This document shows positions 29,292 through 39,757 of a stretch of DNA of 64,000 bases, in pieces. Made by a program: the position numbers and the translations under genes. The DNA is from Myxococcota bacterium (lineage in GTDB: Bacteria > Myxococcota_C > UBA6777): contig CAUJFU010000312.1 of NCBI GenBank assembly GCA_963169055.1, positions 4,179 through 68,178 on the forward strand. Reading direction: 5' to 3'. Under the pieces are notes generated by a model, which was given only the letters and a program-made list of their open reading frames with translations, had not been told where the DNA came from and made no database searches. Numbering within the stretch: the first letter of the stretch is position 1; every line of letters begins with the position of its first letter.

Positions 29292-29951
29292 TTAATGAAA
29301 AAGATTGCGGAGTGTTGGGGGGAGGATCAGGGGGCAAGGGCCGTCGCTTTGGAGATAGCGGCGCAGGCTTGGGAGATCGTCGATATCATCGAGGGGCGAG
29401 ATGGTGGCGTAGGAGATCTTTTGTAGAGTGAGGCATTTCTTGGTTTGCAGCCATGTTTGGGGCGAAGACCACGGAATCCCCGAAAAGATCGGATGTGCCT
29501 GCGACTGCTGCCCCACAAGATAATAACCCCCATCCCCAGAAGGCCCAAAGACGACATCGCAACTCGCAAAGCGCCGCAACGCATCAAGAAGATGTTGTTG
29601 CGTGAGATACGGACAATCGCTTCCAATCAACAAGACTTTTTCGTCACCTAGCGCAAAGCGTTCACGGAAGGCCCGATCCATGCGTTCTCCGAGATCATCG
29701 CCTTCTTGTATCCCGATCGATAGGGATGGATCGATGTGCAGCAAAGCGGCCCCGAATTCTTGGTCTTCTTTGGGGAGGTACAAGACGCGCTGTGCGGCTT
29801 GGAGGGAAGCAGTACGCAGGGTGTAGGCGAGTAATTGTGCGTAGACATCGGCAGCTTCAGCCATCCCGACCACCTGACCGAGACGTGTTTTGACATGCCC
29901 TTCTTTCGGTGCGCGGCCAAAGATCAGGATCGAGGTGGAGGATGACATCAC
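29292..29951 (-). CDS. DUF2064-family (TIGR04282-like) nucleotidyltransferase/glycosyltransferase-fold protein
   Basis: N-terminus SILIFGRAPKEGHVKTRL matches the DUF2064 signature as I recall it. 219 aa. Confidence 0.6.
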   Translation of the reverse strand: MMSSSTSILIFGRAPKEGHVKTRLGQVVGMAEAADVYAQLLAYTLRTASLQAAQRVLYLPKEDQEFGAALLHIDPSLSIGIQEGDDLGERMDRAFRERFALGDEKVLLIGSDCPYLTQQHLLDALRRFASCDVVFGPSGDGGYYLVGQQSQAHPIFSGIPWSSPQTWLQTKKCLTLQKISYATISPLDDIDDLPSLRRYLQSDGPCPLILPPTLRNLFH

Positions 29952-29984
29952 GACCCCCTCTAAACAGGGTTGGAGCTTGGGCGT

Positions 29985-31433
29985 TTAAGCGTTGCTTTTG
30001 AGTTCGCGTACGGTGTCTTCGATGCCTTTGCGTGCGTCTGCAAAGAACATCAACGCATTGTCAGCTTCAAACAGCGGGTTGGGGATGCCCGCATATCCGG
30101 GCGAAAGGCTGCGTTTGACGATCACCACAACACGCGATTCGTGGGTACGCAAGATCGGCATACCGTAGATCGGGCTGTCTTTTTTGTCCAATGCTTCGGG
30201 GTTGACGACATCGTTGGCCCCGATCACGATCGAGATATCAGTATTGGAGAATTCGTTGTTGATATCGTCCATCTCGAAGAGTTCATCGTACGGCACATCG
30301 GCTTCTGCAAGCAAGACGTTCATGTGACCGGGCATTCGCCCAGCGACGGGATGGATGGCATATTTCACCGAAGCTCCGCGCTTTTTGAGGATATCCGCGA
30401 GTTCTCGTACGGTGTGTTGGGCTTGAGCCACAGCCATCCCATAGCCCGGCACGATCACCACGCGCTCGACAGCCTCCAGCATCTGCGCGAGTTCTTCAGC
30501 ATCCGTACTTTTGATCTTGGTGTAGGCTTGCTTTTTGGCCTCTCCGCCGCTCGCCTCTTCCATCCCAAAGCCGCCGACCAAGACGTTCAACAAAGAGCGA
30601 TTCATCGCCTTGCACATGATCATCGTCAAGATGATCCCCGACGCACCCACCAACGAACCGCTGATGATCAACAGATTGTTGCCGATCACAAAGCCCGTCA
30701 TCGACGCAGCAAGACCCGAATACGAGTTGAGCAGCGAGATCACCACCGGCATATCCGCCCCGCCGATCGGGATCACCAACAGCACGCCAAGCGCCAAACA
30801 CAACAATGAAACCAAGATCAGCAGCAACAATAGCCCCCAACGTGCGCTGATCTGGAAACAAGCAAGATACGAAAACAACAGCGTCGCCGCGATCACACCG
30901 CCCGAGATCAAGTGCCGATGAGGCAGCAAGATCGGCTTTTCAGGCATCCACTTCGCGCCTTGCAACTTGCCGAATGCCACAAAAGACCCTGTGACGGTCA
31001 CACCACCGATCAAGATCGACAAAACGACCGACACTGCGCCATCGGAGCCCAGCACGGCCGCAGCCGTTTTCGCTTGGCCCATCTCGATCATCTTCTCGTA
31101 AAAATACGAAAGCGCCACCAACAACGACGATAGACCGCCCAAGCCATTCAGCAACGCCACCATCTCTGGCATCGCCGTAGCTTGAACAGTCATCCCAAGC
31201 CACGCCCCCAACGCCGCCCCAATGATCAAACCTGTCATGATCAGCCGTGGATCGAACGATTCGGGGTACAAGATCGCCAACTCCACCAACGCAGCCACGA
31301 TCGCGATCACCATCGCCACCATCGCCAAAAAGTTCCCTTGGCGCGCCGTTCGTACCGCCGCAAGTCGCTTAATCCCAAAAATAAACAGCACCGATGCCAA
31401 CATATAGGCAAGGTGAACCCATGTCATCATCAA
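29985..31433 (-). CDS. pntB: NAD(P) transhydrogenase subunit beta
   Basis: Multi-TM N-terminal half. C-terminal NADP(H)-binding dIII domain (VIVPGYGMAVAQAQHTVRELADILKKRGASVKYAIHPVAGRMPGHMNVLLAEADVPY). Confidence 0.92.
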   Translation of the reverse strand: MMMTWVHLAYMLASVLFIFGIKRLAAVRTARQGNFLAMVAMVIAIVAALVELAILYPESFDPRLIMTGLIIGAALGAWLGMTVQATAMPEMVALLNGLGGLSSLLVALSYFYEKMIEMGQAKTAAAVLGSDGAVSVVLSILIGGVTVTGSFVAFGKLQGAKWMPEKPILLPHRHLISGGVIAATLLFSYLACFQISARWGLLLLLILVSLLCLALGVLLVIPIGGADMPVVISLLNSYSGLAASMTGFVIGNNLLIISGSLVGASGIILTMIMCKAMNRSLLNVLVGGFGMEEASGGEAKKQAYTKIKSTDAEELAQMLEAVERVVIVPGYGMAVAQAQHTVRELADILKKRGASVKYAIHPVAGRMPGHMNVLLAEADVPYDELFEMDDINNEFSNTDISIVIGANDVVNPEALDKKDSPIYGMPILRTHESRVVVIVKRSLSPGYAGIPNPLFEADNALMFFADARKGIEDTVRELKSNA

Positions 31434-31460
31434 CCTCCAGATCGCCTGTGGCGTCGCACG

Positions 31461-31961
31461 TTATTTCTTAAATTTCTGCAACAGGCGGTCGGTCACCCAA
31501 AAACCACCCACCACGTTGATCATCGCACACAGCACCGCAATAAAACCAAGGATCTTTGCAACAGAGGGGGCCGTAAAACGCGCACAATACAATGCTCCCA
31601 CGATGGTAATCCCTGAGATCGCATTGGAACCCGACATCAACGGCGTGTGCAGCGTAGGCGGAACCTTGGTGATCAACTCAAATCCCACAAAGATCGCCAG
31701 CAAAAAGATATACAACCCCACCAAAAACGGAGGCAAAGAAGCCGATGGGTTCGCGGCTTCGGTGGCTTTGCTTTGTTCCGATGCCGACGCCGTTTGCGGG
31801 AGTGGCGCTTTCTGCGCGGTAACTTGCCGCTTTTGGGGCGCAGCAGGCTCGCCCGCCGAAGACACCCCATGCACAAACAATCCAACCATCAAAAAACACA
31901 TACCAAAAAACATCCATCGCAAGCGCGACAACGAAGAAAACGCTGACATCAACATCCTCAA
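31461..31961 (-). CDS. pntAB: NAD(P) transhydrogenase alpha subunit part 2 (membrane dII portion) with an extra N-terminal TM and an Ala/Gln-rich linker
   Basis: C-terminal ~95 aa (LITKVPPTLHTPLMSGSNAISGITIVGAL...VGGFWVTDRLLQKFKK) is the conserved PntAA/AB membrane module. 4-bp overlap with pntAA. Confidence 0.8.
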   Translation of the reverse strand: MRMLMSAFSSLSRLRWMFFGMCFLMVGLFVHGVSSAGEPAAPQKRQVTAQKAPLPQTASASEQSKATEAANPSASLPPFLVGLYIFLLAIFVGFELITKVPPTLHTPLMSGSNAISGITIVGALYCARFTAPSVAKILGFIAVLCAMINVVGGFWVTDRLLQKFKK

Positions 31962-33313
31962 CTCTCCTTTTTTTCCGAAACAGCCGTGTCTTGTACTAAG
32001 AAAACTTCGCTAGGTTTCGCTGTTTCCGTTGGTTTCGCTGCTTCCGCTGGTTTCGCTGTTTCCGTTGGTTTTGCTGCTTCCGCTGGATCAGCAGATTCGA
32101 CTGGCTTCGCAGCTTCTGCTGGCTTCGCAGCTTCCTTGGGTGCGGGGGATGCTTCGGCTTTTTCGGTTTTTGGGGGAGCGAAGATCTCGTGGACGAGTTG
32201 GCCTTGGTGGGTCACGACGGAACCGCGAGTGATCTCTTCTTCAAAGTCGAGCTTGAGATCGGTTCCTTTTTTGAAGAGGTGTTGCAAAACAAATAGGATA
32301 TTGCGTGCGAAGAGTTGGCTCGATTCGTAAGGAACACGACCCGGGATGTTGCGATGCCCGATGATCTGGACGCCGTGTTTCACGACGACTTTTCCGGGTT
32401 CGGAAAGCTCGCAGTTTCCGCCTTGTTCGACAGCAAGATCCACGATCACACTTCCCGGCCTCATCTTTTGCACCATCTCTGCCGTCACAAGGATCGGTGC
32501 TTTTTTGCCCGGGACAAGGGCCGTTGTAATCACGACATCCGCTGCGATCACGTGTCGGGCGATGGTTTCTTGTTGGCGCTTCAAAAAGTCAGCAGAGACT
32601 TCGCGTGCATAACCGCCCTTGCCTTCGCCACTTTCCGCCGACTCCACCTCGATAAACTTTCCCCCCAGACTTTCGACCTGCTCTTTGACAGCGGGTCGGA
32701 TATCGGAGACTTCGACGACCGCACCAAGGCGCTTGGCGGTGGCGATGGCTTGGAGTCCTGCAACACCCGCTCCCATGATCACCACTTTGGCGGGTCTGAC
32801 GGTCCCTGCTGCCGTCATCATCAGGGGAAACAGCTTGGGGAGGTGGTCTGCTGCGATCAAAACAGCCTTATATCCGGCGATATTGCTTTGCGAACTCAGG
32901 GCGTCCATGTTCTGAGCCCGAGAGATCCGTGGAATCATATCCATCGCAAATGCGCTAACTTTGCGCGCAGCAAGGCGCTCCATCAACGGGCGTTCTGTGC
33001 GAGGCCAAAGGAAACTCACCCACAATGCCCCTTCCTTGGGGAGATCCGCTTCGTGACGTTCGATCAGCTTATTTTGGAGAGGCGGCTGGACTTTCAAGAT
33101 CACATCGGCTTGGGCGTAGCCTTCACGCACATCGTTTTGGATCTGTGCGCCGGCCTCGATGTAGGCTTCGTCAGAGAAAAAAGACGCCAAGCCCGCATCG
33201 CGCTCAACGACAACTTGAAATCCCATCTTGACGAGGCGTTTGACCGTTTCAGGACTCGCGGCCACCCGTGTCTCTTCGTGCAGGATCTCTTTGGGAACAA
33301 AGATCATCGGCAT
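31958..33313 (-). CDS. pntAA: NAD(P) transhydrogenase alpha subunit part 1 (dI, alanine-dehydrogenase-like) with an (AKPxEA)n low-complexity C-terminal tail
   Basis: MPMIFVPKEILHEETRVAASPETVKRLVKMGFQVVVE. NAD-binding GAGVAGLQAIATAKRLGA. Tail ...AKPAEAAKPVESADPAEAAKPTETAKPAEAAKPTETAKPSE is encoded by an 18-bp DNA tandem repeat at ~31990-32125. Confidence 0.88.
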   Translation of the reverse strand: MPMIFVPKEILHEETRVAASPETVKRLVKMGFQVVVERDAGLASFFSDEAYIEAGAQIQNDVREGYAQADVILKVQPPLQNKLIERHEADLPKEGALWVSFLWPRTERPLMERLAARKVSAFAMDMIPRISRAQNMDALSSQSNIAGYKAVLIAADHLPKLFPLMMTAAGTVRPAKVVIMGAGVAGLQAIATAKRLGAVVEVSDIRPAVKEQVESLGGKFIEVESAESGEGKGGYAREVSADFLKRQQETIARHVIAADVVITTALVPGKKAPILVTAEMVQKMRPGSVIVDLAVEQGGNCELSEPGKVVVKHGVQIIGHRNIPGRVPYESSQLFARNILFVLQHLFKKGTDLKLDFEEEITRGSVVTHQGQLVHEIFAPPKTEKAEASPAPKEAAKPAEAAKPVESADPAEAAKPTETAKPAEAAKPTETAKPSEVFLVQDTAVSEKKES

Positions 33314-33569
33314 CGTCTGACATCCTTCTGGTTCACAAACGCTTGCGCGGCTCGTGTTCAGTCCAGTCAAGAGCGCAAGCTAAGAAAAAGGTACGTGGTG
33401 GGTATACGGGAATCTAGAGAAGAAAGGAAGAGGGAAAGCAGCGGGCAAAGAGACAAGAACGAGTCGGTGTACCCGATGCGTTGGGGATTTGTGCAGGCAG
33501 GGCGTAAGTAGCCGAACAACGAGGCGTTCGCTTATTTCCGTTTCAAGAGGCGAGCAGCGACGCAGTGAG

Positions 33570-33605
33570 CAAAACCCGTGTTCGCGACCGTTCAAAAGAA
33601 GAGAA
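33570..33605 (+). repeat. Solo 5'-end fragment of repeat family A
   Basis: aaaacccgtgttcgcgaccgttcaaaagaagagaag matches the first ~35 bp of family A, with no hairpin half. Confidence 0.5.
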
Positions 33606-33619
33606 GAGTTCGCTTCGTC

Positions 33620-33904
33620 TCACTTAAAAAATTTGGCGTTTGTTTTGGTGTACGAAGCCCATTTGTCGGGGACTTCGCTTTCTTCAAAGATCGCACTGAC
33701 GGGGCATTCGGGTTCACAAGCTCCGCAATCAATACACTCATCGGGGTTAATAAAGAGCTGCATTCCCCCACGATCGGCCATTGTTTTGACTTCTGCGCCT
33801 CGGCCCGTCTTGCTGATCGGCCCGTGAATACAATCAACGGGGCAAACTTCGACGCAAGCGGTATCACAAACACCAACGCAGGGTTCCGTGATGATATATG
33901 GCAT
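33620..33904 (-). CDS. fdxA: 7Fe ferredoxin ([3Fe-4S][4Fe-4S], FdxA type)
   Basis: [27 protein letters not shown] and [12 protein letters not shown] cysteine motifs. 94 aa. Confidence 0.88.
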   Translation of the reverse strand: MPYIITEPCVGVCDTACVEVCPVDCIHGPISKTGRGAEVKTMADRGGMQLFINPDECIDCGACEPECPVSAIFEESEVPDKWASYTKTNAKFFK

Positions 33905-34270
33905 TCTACTTCTCCTATCTCACAAGCTCTTTGAGCAGCATTCGGATGAACTTCGGACCATGATCGCTCGTGTTGTCCCTCTCTGCGATGCCGTGAGATG
34001 GATTGCCAAGAGGAAAAACACCCGCTACAAGATGCGTTGTGTGGGCAAAAAGTCGCAAGCACAAACGCATACACAACAAACCACGAAGTCCCAAGGAGCC
34101 GCACGATACGTTGACCTGTACTCTCTTGGAAAACGCAGAGGATGTATGATCAAAAAAGGTGCGCGTCAAGTATCTTTCTCAAAAATCTTCTCTCTCCAAT
34201 CCAGCAAAGACATCAAGCCCAACTCTTTGAGAGGACCGAAACAGCCGCTTGATACGACCAAGAGGAAAGC

Positions 34271-35251
34271 ATGATCGAGCATCTTTCGCTAGAGATGTTT
34301 CAAGACGATATCGAGGACTTTGAACGCAGCGTGATCGCAATGCCCGATATATCGACGGTTTGCACAGCGAGCGACTGGCAGATCGCAGCATACGAACGAT
34401 TGAGCGATCACAGAGAATCGCGCATCATCCGAAGAGATACCACGTGGATGCTCTTTTGCATCGGCCCCGTCAACCGCTACCGTCGCGTACTTCAACCTTT
34501 CGAGATGAGTTGGGCTTTTGGCACTCCTCTCGTGGGCGAAGATATCGAAGCCTGTGTCCAATTGAGCTTAGAAGTGTTGTTGCAAGATCGCCCATCGTGG
34601 GAGATGGCGGTATTTAGTGGACTTCCCGAAGGCGGTGCGTTGGCTCTTGAACTGCGCCGAACGTTGGGAGCGCACTTTCATAGCGAAAGCATCGCAGGTA
34701 GCCACTGCGATCAAGCATTCTTGCACGACGGCCTCGATGCGTGGCTCGAACGGCGCAGCCGAAACTTTCGTGTGAGCTTGCGCAAAAGTGAACGCGCCGC
34801 ACAAGAACAAGAGATCGCGTTTGAATGGATCGATGGAGTGTGCGATGGTGCGGCCTTGTTGGAGCGCATCTTTCAGATCGAACGCCGCTCTTGGAAAGGC
34901 GAATCAGGCAAAAGCATCTATCGTAACCTCCCCTACAGACGATTTTACGAAACACTTTGCACACGCATGGGAAAACGCGGCTTGTTGCGAGCCATCTTTG
35001 CGCAGCACGAAGGAAAAGATATCGCCTATGCCTTTGGTGGTACCGTGGGATCGGTCTATCGGGGGTTTCAGATCAGCTACAACGATCAATTCGCTGCGCT
35101 CGGATTGGGAAACCTCTTGCAGTGGCGGCAGATGCAAAAACTCGCCGAAGAAGGGATCACGCTCTACGATCTCGGGATGGAGATGGCCTACAAAAAACGC
35201 TGGGCTGATCGGCTCCAACGCTTTCAGACGCTGCTCTTTGTCAGAGGTTAA
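34271..35251 (+). CDS. GNAT-fold acyltransferase of the CelD/BcsL/FemAB-like family
   Basis: C-terminal region SWKGESGKSI...LRAIFAQHEGKDIAYAFGGTVGSVYRGFQISYNDQFAALGLGNLLQWRQMQKLAEEGITLYDLG resembles the Acetyltransf_6-type domain. Confidence 0.6.
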   Translation: MIEHLSLEMFQDDIEDFERSVIAMPDISTVCTASDWQIAAYERLSDHRESRIIRRDTTWMLFCIGPVNRYRRVLQPFEMSWAFGTPLVGEDIEACVQLSLEVLLQDRPSWEMAVFSGLPEGGALALELRRTLGAHFHSESIAGSHCDQAFLHDGLDAWLERRSRNFRVSLRKSERAAQEQEIAFEWIDGVCDGAALLERIFQIERRSWKGESGKSIYRNLPYRRFYETLCTRMGKRGLLRAIFAQHEGKDIAYAFGGTVGSVYRGFQISYNDQFAALGLGNLLQWRQMQKLAEEGITLYDLGMEMAYKKRWADRLQRFQTLLFVRG

Positions 35252-35288
35252 TACGATATCCGCAAGATGTGTACACAAAGGACAGTAC

Positions 35289-35334
35289 GTAGACGCCCTA
35301 TGGTTGGGCAGCCACAGGGGGCTGCCCCTACGTT
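35289..35334 (-). repeat. Palindromic repeat family B, copy 2 (inverted)
   Basis: gtagacgccctatggttgggcagccacagggggctgcccctac. Lies between the GNAT gene and maiA, at a skew-switch boundary. Confidence 0.7.
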
Positions 35335-35392
35335 TTGCGATCACACAATGGACGAATCTCGTCTAACCACCGCGCCTATCCGATCAAGGCGA

Positions 35393-36067
35393 TCATGACG
35401 ACTTGGGTGTGTCGGGCTGCACGTCAGGCGCAGCCGACCGAAAAGCCTCCAAAGCTCCTGCGGTCGAAGCCACTCGCGCAATCGTCGGATAATCCGCCAT
35501 CTCGACCCCAAACCGACGAGCATTGTAGACTTGCGGAACGATCAACACATCCGCAAACGTCACCTGCTCCCCCACAGCAAACGCCCCCGCTGTCTGCACC
35601 AACAACCGCTCCAACCCCTCAAACCCTCGCTCGATCCAGTACTTTGACCAAGCAAGCGTTTGTTCCCGCGTCGCCCCAAACTGCGCCTGTAGCTGTTGCA
35701 TCACTTTGAGGTTTTGAATCGGCTGAATCGAGCTATTGATGATCTGCATGATCTGACGAACACGCGCCCGATCTTCGGGAGCTTTCGGAAGCAACGCAGG
35801 ATGCGGATAACACTCTTCGAGATATTCCAAGATCGCCGTTGATTGGGCCACTGCAAACCCCGAGGCTCCTGTACGCTCCACCCACAACGTCGGAAGCTCC
35901 GCCATCGGGTTGTATTGCAAATAGCTTTCTTTGCGATGCTGACCCCCATCCTCGATCAGATTCACCGCATGATACGTGTATTCCAAGCCTTTCCACGCCA
36001 GCGCGATCCGTACACGATACGAAGCACTCGAACGAAAATAGCTAAACAACGTAAGACGCGCATCCAT
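35393..36067 (-). CDS. maiA: Maleylacetoacetate isomerase (GST zeta class)
   Basis: RBS aaaggag followed by ATG at 36067. MDARLTLFSYFRSSASYRVRIALAWKGL is a classic GST-zeta N-terminus. Confidence 0.88.
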   Translation of the reverse strand: MDARLTLFSYFRSSASYRVRIALAWKGLEYTYHAVNLIEDGGQHRKESYLQYNPMAELPTLWVERTGASGFAVAQSTAILEYLEECYPHPALLPKAPEDRARVRQIMQIINSSIQPIQNLKVMQQLQAQFGATREQTLAWSKYWIERGFEGLERLLVQTAGAFAVGEQVTFADVLIVPQVYNARRFGVEMADYPTIARVASTAGALEAFRSAAPDVQPDTPKSS

Positions 36068-36072
36068 CGGCT

Positions 36073-37062
36073 CTACAACTCCTTTTTCCAAGGCTTCACG
36101 ATTTGAGCGATCGCACCAAAGATCGACTGGCCACCCTTCTTCATCTCAATACGCACCGTGTCTCCGAAACGCATAAATGGCGTCTTGCTCTCGCCTTCCT
36201 CGATCTTCTCGATCATCCGACGCTCTGCCAAACAACAACTTCCCGTCGAACGATCTTTGTTCGAGATGGTTCCTGATCCAAGGATCGTTCCCGCCCCCAA
36301 GGGCCGCGTCTTCGTCACATGCGCGATCAGTTCGGGAAATGAAAACTGCATCTCAGGCCCCGCGTTGGGATGCCCAAACCATGCCCCGTTGTATTCGACT
36401 TCCAACGGAAGGTGTACTCGCCCCTCCTGCCATGCCTCGCCTAACTCGTCGGGCGTCACCGCAAATGGTGAAAAAGCCGTCGGTGGCTTGGAAACCACAA
36501 AACCAAATCCCTTCGCCAACTCCGCAGGGATCAGGTTTCGCAACGATACATCGTTGACCAACATCAAAAGCCGAATGTAGCCGAGTGCATCGCTCGCCTT
36601 CGTCCCGTAAGGAACATCGCCCGTCACCACCGCAACTTCCGCTTCAAAATCAATCCCCCATTCCTCCGAAGCATGGACGATATCTTCGGTCGGCCCCAAA
36701 AACGTGTCCGAACCGCCTTGATACATCAAGGGATCTTCATAAAACGAGGCCGGAACCTCCGCCCCTCGCGCTTTTCGCACAAGTTCAACGTGGTTCAAAA
36801 ATGCCGAACCGTCCAACCACTGATACGCTCGCGGCAACGGCGCATGAAGACGATCGACTTCGACGGCAAACGCCCCCTCCGCACGATCGGCTTGGAGCGC
36901 CTCAAACAACCCCTGCAACGCGCCTTCCACCTCTTCCCAACGCTCCAACGCATCCTGCATCGTCCGTGCGATCCCTGTCGCCTTGACAGCCCGCTGTCCC
37001 GCCCGATCCACCACCAACAACACACCATCGCGGCTGCCATCTCGCAACGTCGCCAACTTCAT
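36073..37062 (-). CDS. Fumarylacetoacetate hydrolase (FAH)-family protein
   Basis: FAH-fold motifs (KPPTAFSPFAVTPDE, LPLEVEYNGAWFGHPNAGPEMQFSF). 5 bp upstream of maiA. Together these suggest the distal homogentisate/tyrosine degradation steps. Confidence 0.85.
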   Translation of the reverse strand: MKLATLRDGSRDGVLLVVDRAGQRAVKATGIARTMQDALERWEEVEGALQGLFEALQADRAEGAFAVEVDRLHAPLPRAYQWLDGSAFLNHVELVRKARGAEVPASFYEDPLMYQGGSDTFLGPTEDIVHASEEWGIDFEAEVAVVTGDVPYGTKASDALGYIRLLMLVNDVSLRNLIPAELAKGFGFVVSKPPTAFSPFAVTPDELGEAWQEGRVHLPLEVEYNGAWFGHPNAGPEMQFSFPELIAHVTKTRPLGAGTILGSGTISNKDRSTGSCCLAERRMIEKIEEGESKTPFMRFGDTVRIEMKKGGQSIFGAIAQIVKPWKKEL

Positions 37063-37545
37063 CCACAACCTCCTGATTTTACTGATCTATCCGACAAAAA
37101 CTCCGAAATCATAGGCATTTCTGGCCGCCTGTCAAGCAACCCTCCCGCAAACAACCCACGCTGCCGCCTCCCCCAGCCATCCCCCACAGCACCGCCCTTT
37201 CGACAATAACTCGGATAAGACAAAGATGTATTCTTACACAATCTCGACCGAAAAGATTTCAATTTTTAGATTGACAAGACGCATCGGAAAGAACATACTT
37301 CGCCCATGTTCGCCTTGGAAAGAAAACGAATCCCTTTGTTTTTTCTCTACTATCAAGAAGGCTTCTCGACAAAAACCAAACGACAACGAACATCACGACC
37401 GCTTAGAACGAACACAAAGAAACACCTGCTTCTTGAGATCAACGCGACACAAGAGCCATCGCGTACAAACAAAACGACACAACGCAGAAGCATTCACTCG
37501 GGTCCATCGCTGCCAGCGAAAACCACAAAGACCAAAAGTAACGCC

Positions 37546-38761
37546 CATGCAATACCCCATACCACCGCTCTTTTCGACCTCGCCCCTAAAACAAAAAAAG
37601 GCTCCGCCTCGCGTCCTTTGTCAGGGGGGAAGCCTTACACTTCATGGTCTTTGCGGGGGATTGCTCTTGTGTACACAACACGAACCGCTGTACGGATTCT
37701 TGCTTTTTCTGTTTTGGCTGTTTATTGCGGCATCACAAGGCTTTCTCTTACGAACGACGTGGAGCCGACCTCAAGATATCTTGGCTCCAACACTGGTAAT
37801 TTCTTTGCTCATTTTCCTAACAGAACACACGCAACAAATGCTGTTTTTGGGGGCGGGACTCCTGCTGCTTGGAACCTTCTTCGCTGCGGGTTATGCGCAC
37901 GTCTACCAAGATCGTCTGCTTCAAGAACGCACCTCCTTGCGCGCACAAGTCGCCCTTTACTCAACATGGCAAACGCACAAACAAGCCCAGATCGAACAAG
38001 AACTCGCAGGGCGCTTGCTCTTGGAACAGCATCAGGCCAACAACCTGCTTTGCGGCATCGTTTTACACGCCAACATCGCCTCTTCCCTACTCAACTCCGC
38101 CCTCTTTAAACCCCACCCCACCCCACCCGATCCAGACACCACCCAAGAACTCCAACAAAATATCTTCGATCTCACCGAAACTTCGCGTAAACTCCAACAC
38201 CTTTTCGCCGAGCAACTCGAACTCACCGCACCCGAACAGCTTCGGAGGCCCAGTCTAGGCCGTCCCATCGACCTCTGTGATGCCTTTGCCCAAGCCCAAC
38301 ACCGCGCACAAATCGCTCTACCCAACACCTCCATCCTCGATCTCTCCGAATACAACGGCGTCTTGCTCCTCCCAGAAGATCTCGATCTTCCCGCTTTTTT
38401 CTTCGATCTCTTTTGTATGCTCTCCCAAAGCCAACCCCACCCAACCCTCCACTTCACAACGCAACATTTCCCCCACGCCCACCCTCCCACCCTACGCATC
38501 GAGCTCCAAGGCATCCCCGATCCCACCCTCCCCAAACACCACCCCAACCAAGCCTCCGCTTCCTCGATCGAACTCTTCCTGTCTTGGCTTCATCTCTTCC
38601 TTGATCTGCGCGGAGGCCGCCTGCTCTCCCCGCTCAACCTCACCCCCTCCAACCTCCCTTCCCGTCACGGACATCGAGAATTGCCGAGCCTGATCTTCGA
38701 TCTCCCTGTTCTTTCCGTCTCCCACCGCATCCCCCCCCACAAAGCAATGAAGTCTGTTTGA
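37546..38761 (+). CDS. Hypothetical integral membrane protein with a cytoplasmic C-terminal domain
   Basis: Four or five hydrophobic helices (LLLCTQHEPLYGFLLFLFWLFIAA, LVISLLIFLTE, LFLGAGLLLLGTFFAAGYA) followed by an ~250-aa soluble region. Start is uncertain; the track ORF extends upstream to 37226 through an AT-rich region. Confidence 0.45.
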
Positions 38762-38767
38762 TCGATC

Positions 38768-39559
38768 TCAAGTGACTTTTGTTTTGCGCAAGATCCGAGA
38801 AAACAGTGTAGGAACGAAGCGTTTGAGATAAATCCCCATCACTTCGCGCCCTCCGATGTAGACTTCTTCTTTTTTCTTCGCAAGCGCACCCAAGATCTTT
38901 TGCGCACAAACCTCCGCAGGCATCCCGTTGGCTTGGGCCTGATCCATCGTCCCTTGCGACGATCCATCCCCAACAAGCGCATTCACCGAAACGGCTGTCT
39001 TAATATACCCCGGGCAGATCACCGTCACCGCGATCCCGTCTTGCCATGTCTCCGCACGCAACGCATCACAAAAACCATGCAGCGCGTGTTTCGACGCTGC
39101 ATACGAAGAGCGTAAGGGCGTGCCAAACTTCCCAACGAGGCTAGTCACCATCGCGATATGCCCACAACGACGCGCAATCATCGACGGCAACAACGCCTTG
39201 GTCAAAGCGATCGTCCCAAAATAGTTGATCTCCATAATCCGCCGATCCACCGCAAGACTGGTGTCTTTGATCAACGCACGCTGTGATATCCCTCCGTTGT
39301 TGATCAACAGATCGACCCACCCAAAGCGGCCCAACGCCTGCTCCACCTTGCTTGGCATCTCCTCCGCCTTCTCCAGATCCAAAGGCAAGATCATCACGTC
39401 TTGTTCGCTTCGACCACAACGGCGCTTCACGTCCTCCAACACCTCTCCGCGCCGCGCAGACAAGATCAAACGCGCACCCACCGCCGCATACGCCAGCGCC
39501 AAAGCTTCTCCTATCCCCGAAGACGCTCCTGTAATCCATACGACTTTTTCTTTTGACAT
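38768..39559 (-). CDS. Short-chain dehydrogenase/reductase (SDR)
   Basis: TGASSGIG cofactor-binding motif. YAASK catalytic motif. 263 aa. Confidence 0.9.
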   Translation of the reverse strand: MSKEKVVWITGASSGIGEALALAYAAVGARLILSARRGEVLEDVKRRCGRSEQDVMILPLDLEKAEEMPSKVEQALGRFGWVDLLINNGGISQRALIKDTSLAVDRRIMEINYFGTIALTKALLPSMIARRCGHIAMVTSLVGKFGTPLRSSYAASKHALHGFCDALRAETWQDGIAVTVICPGYIKTAVSVNALVGDGSSQGTMDQAQANGMPAEVCAQKILGALAKKKEEVYIGGREVMGIYLKRFVPTLFSRILRKTKVT

Positions 39560-39757
39560 CGCCGCCTCTTGTGTTTTAAACGCCTTCGCGTTTGTTTTCT
39601 GAACGGAAAACGTATTCCGTCTGTGCTATCTTGCGGTACTCACTCTTCGGCCCAAAGGCCACCGCGTATGTGCTTTGAGCCAACGCTTGACCAACACCCA
39701 AGGATATCTTTTCCCGCAAAGCAAGCATCCAAATCCATTGAATCGCAACATCCCTTG

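Noticed and set aside
33888-34274. ORF 33888..34274 (+, 128 aa) between fdxA and the GNAT gene
   Set aside because: Overlaps the fdxA start on the opposite strand and exactly fills a divergent intergenic region. Product is Lys/Arg/Gln/Ser-rich with no structure. The ATGA junction with the GNAT start is probably coincidental.
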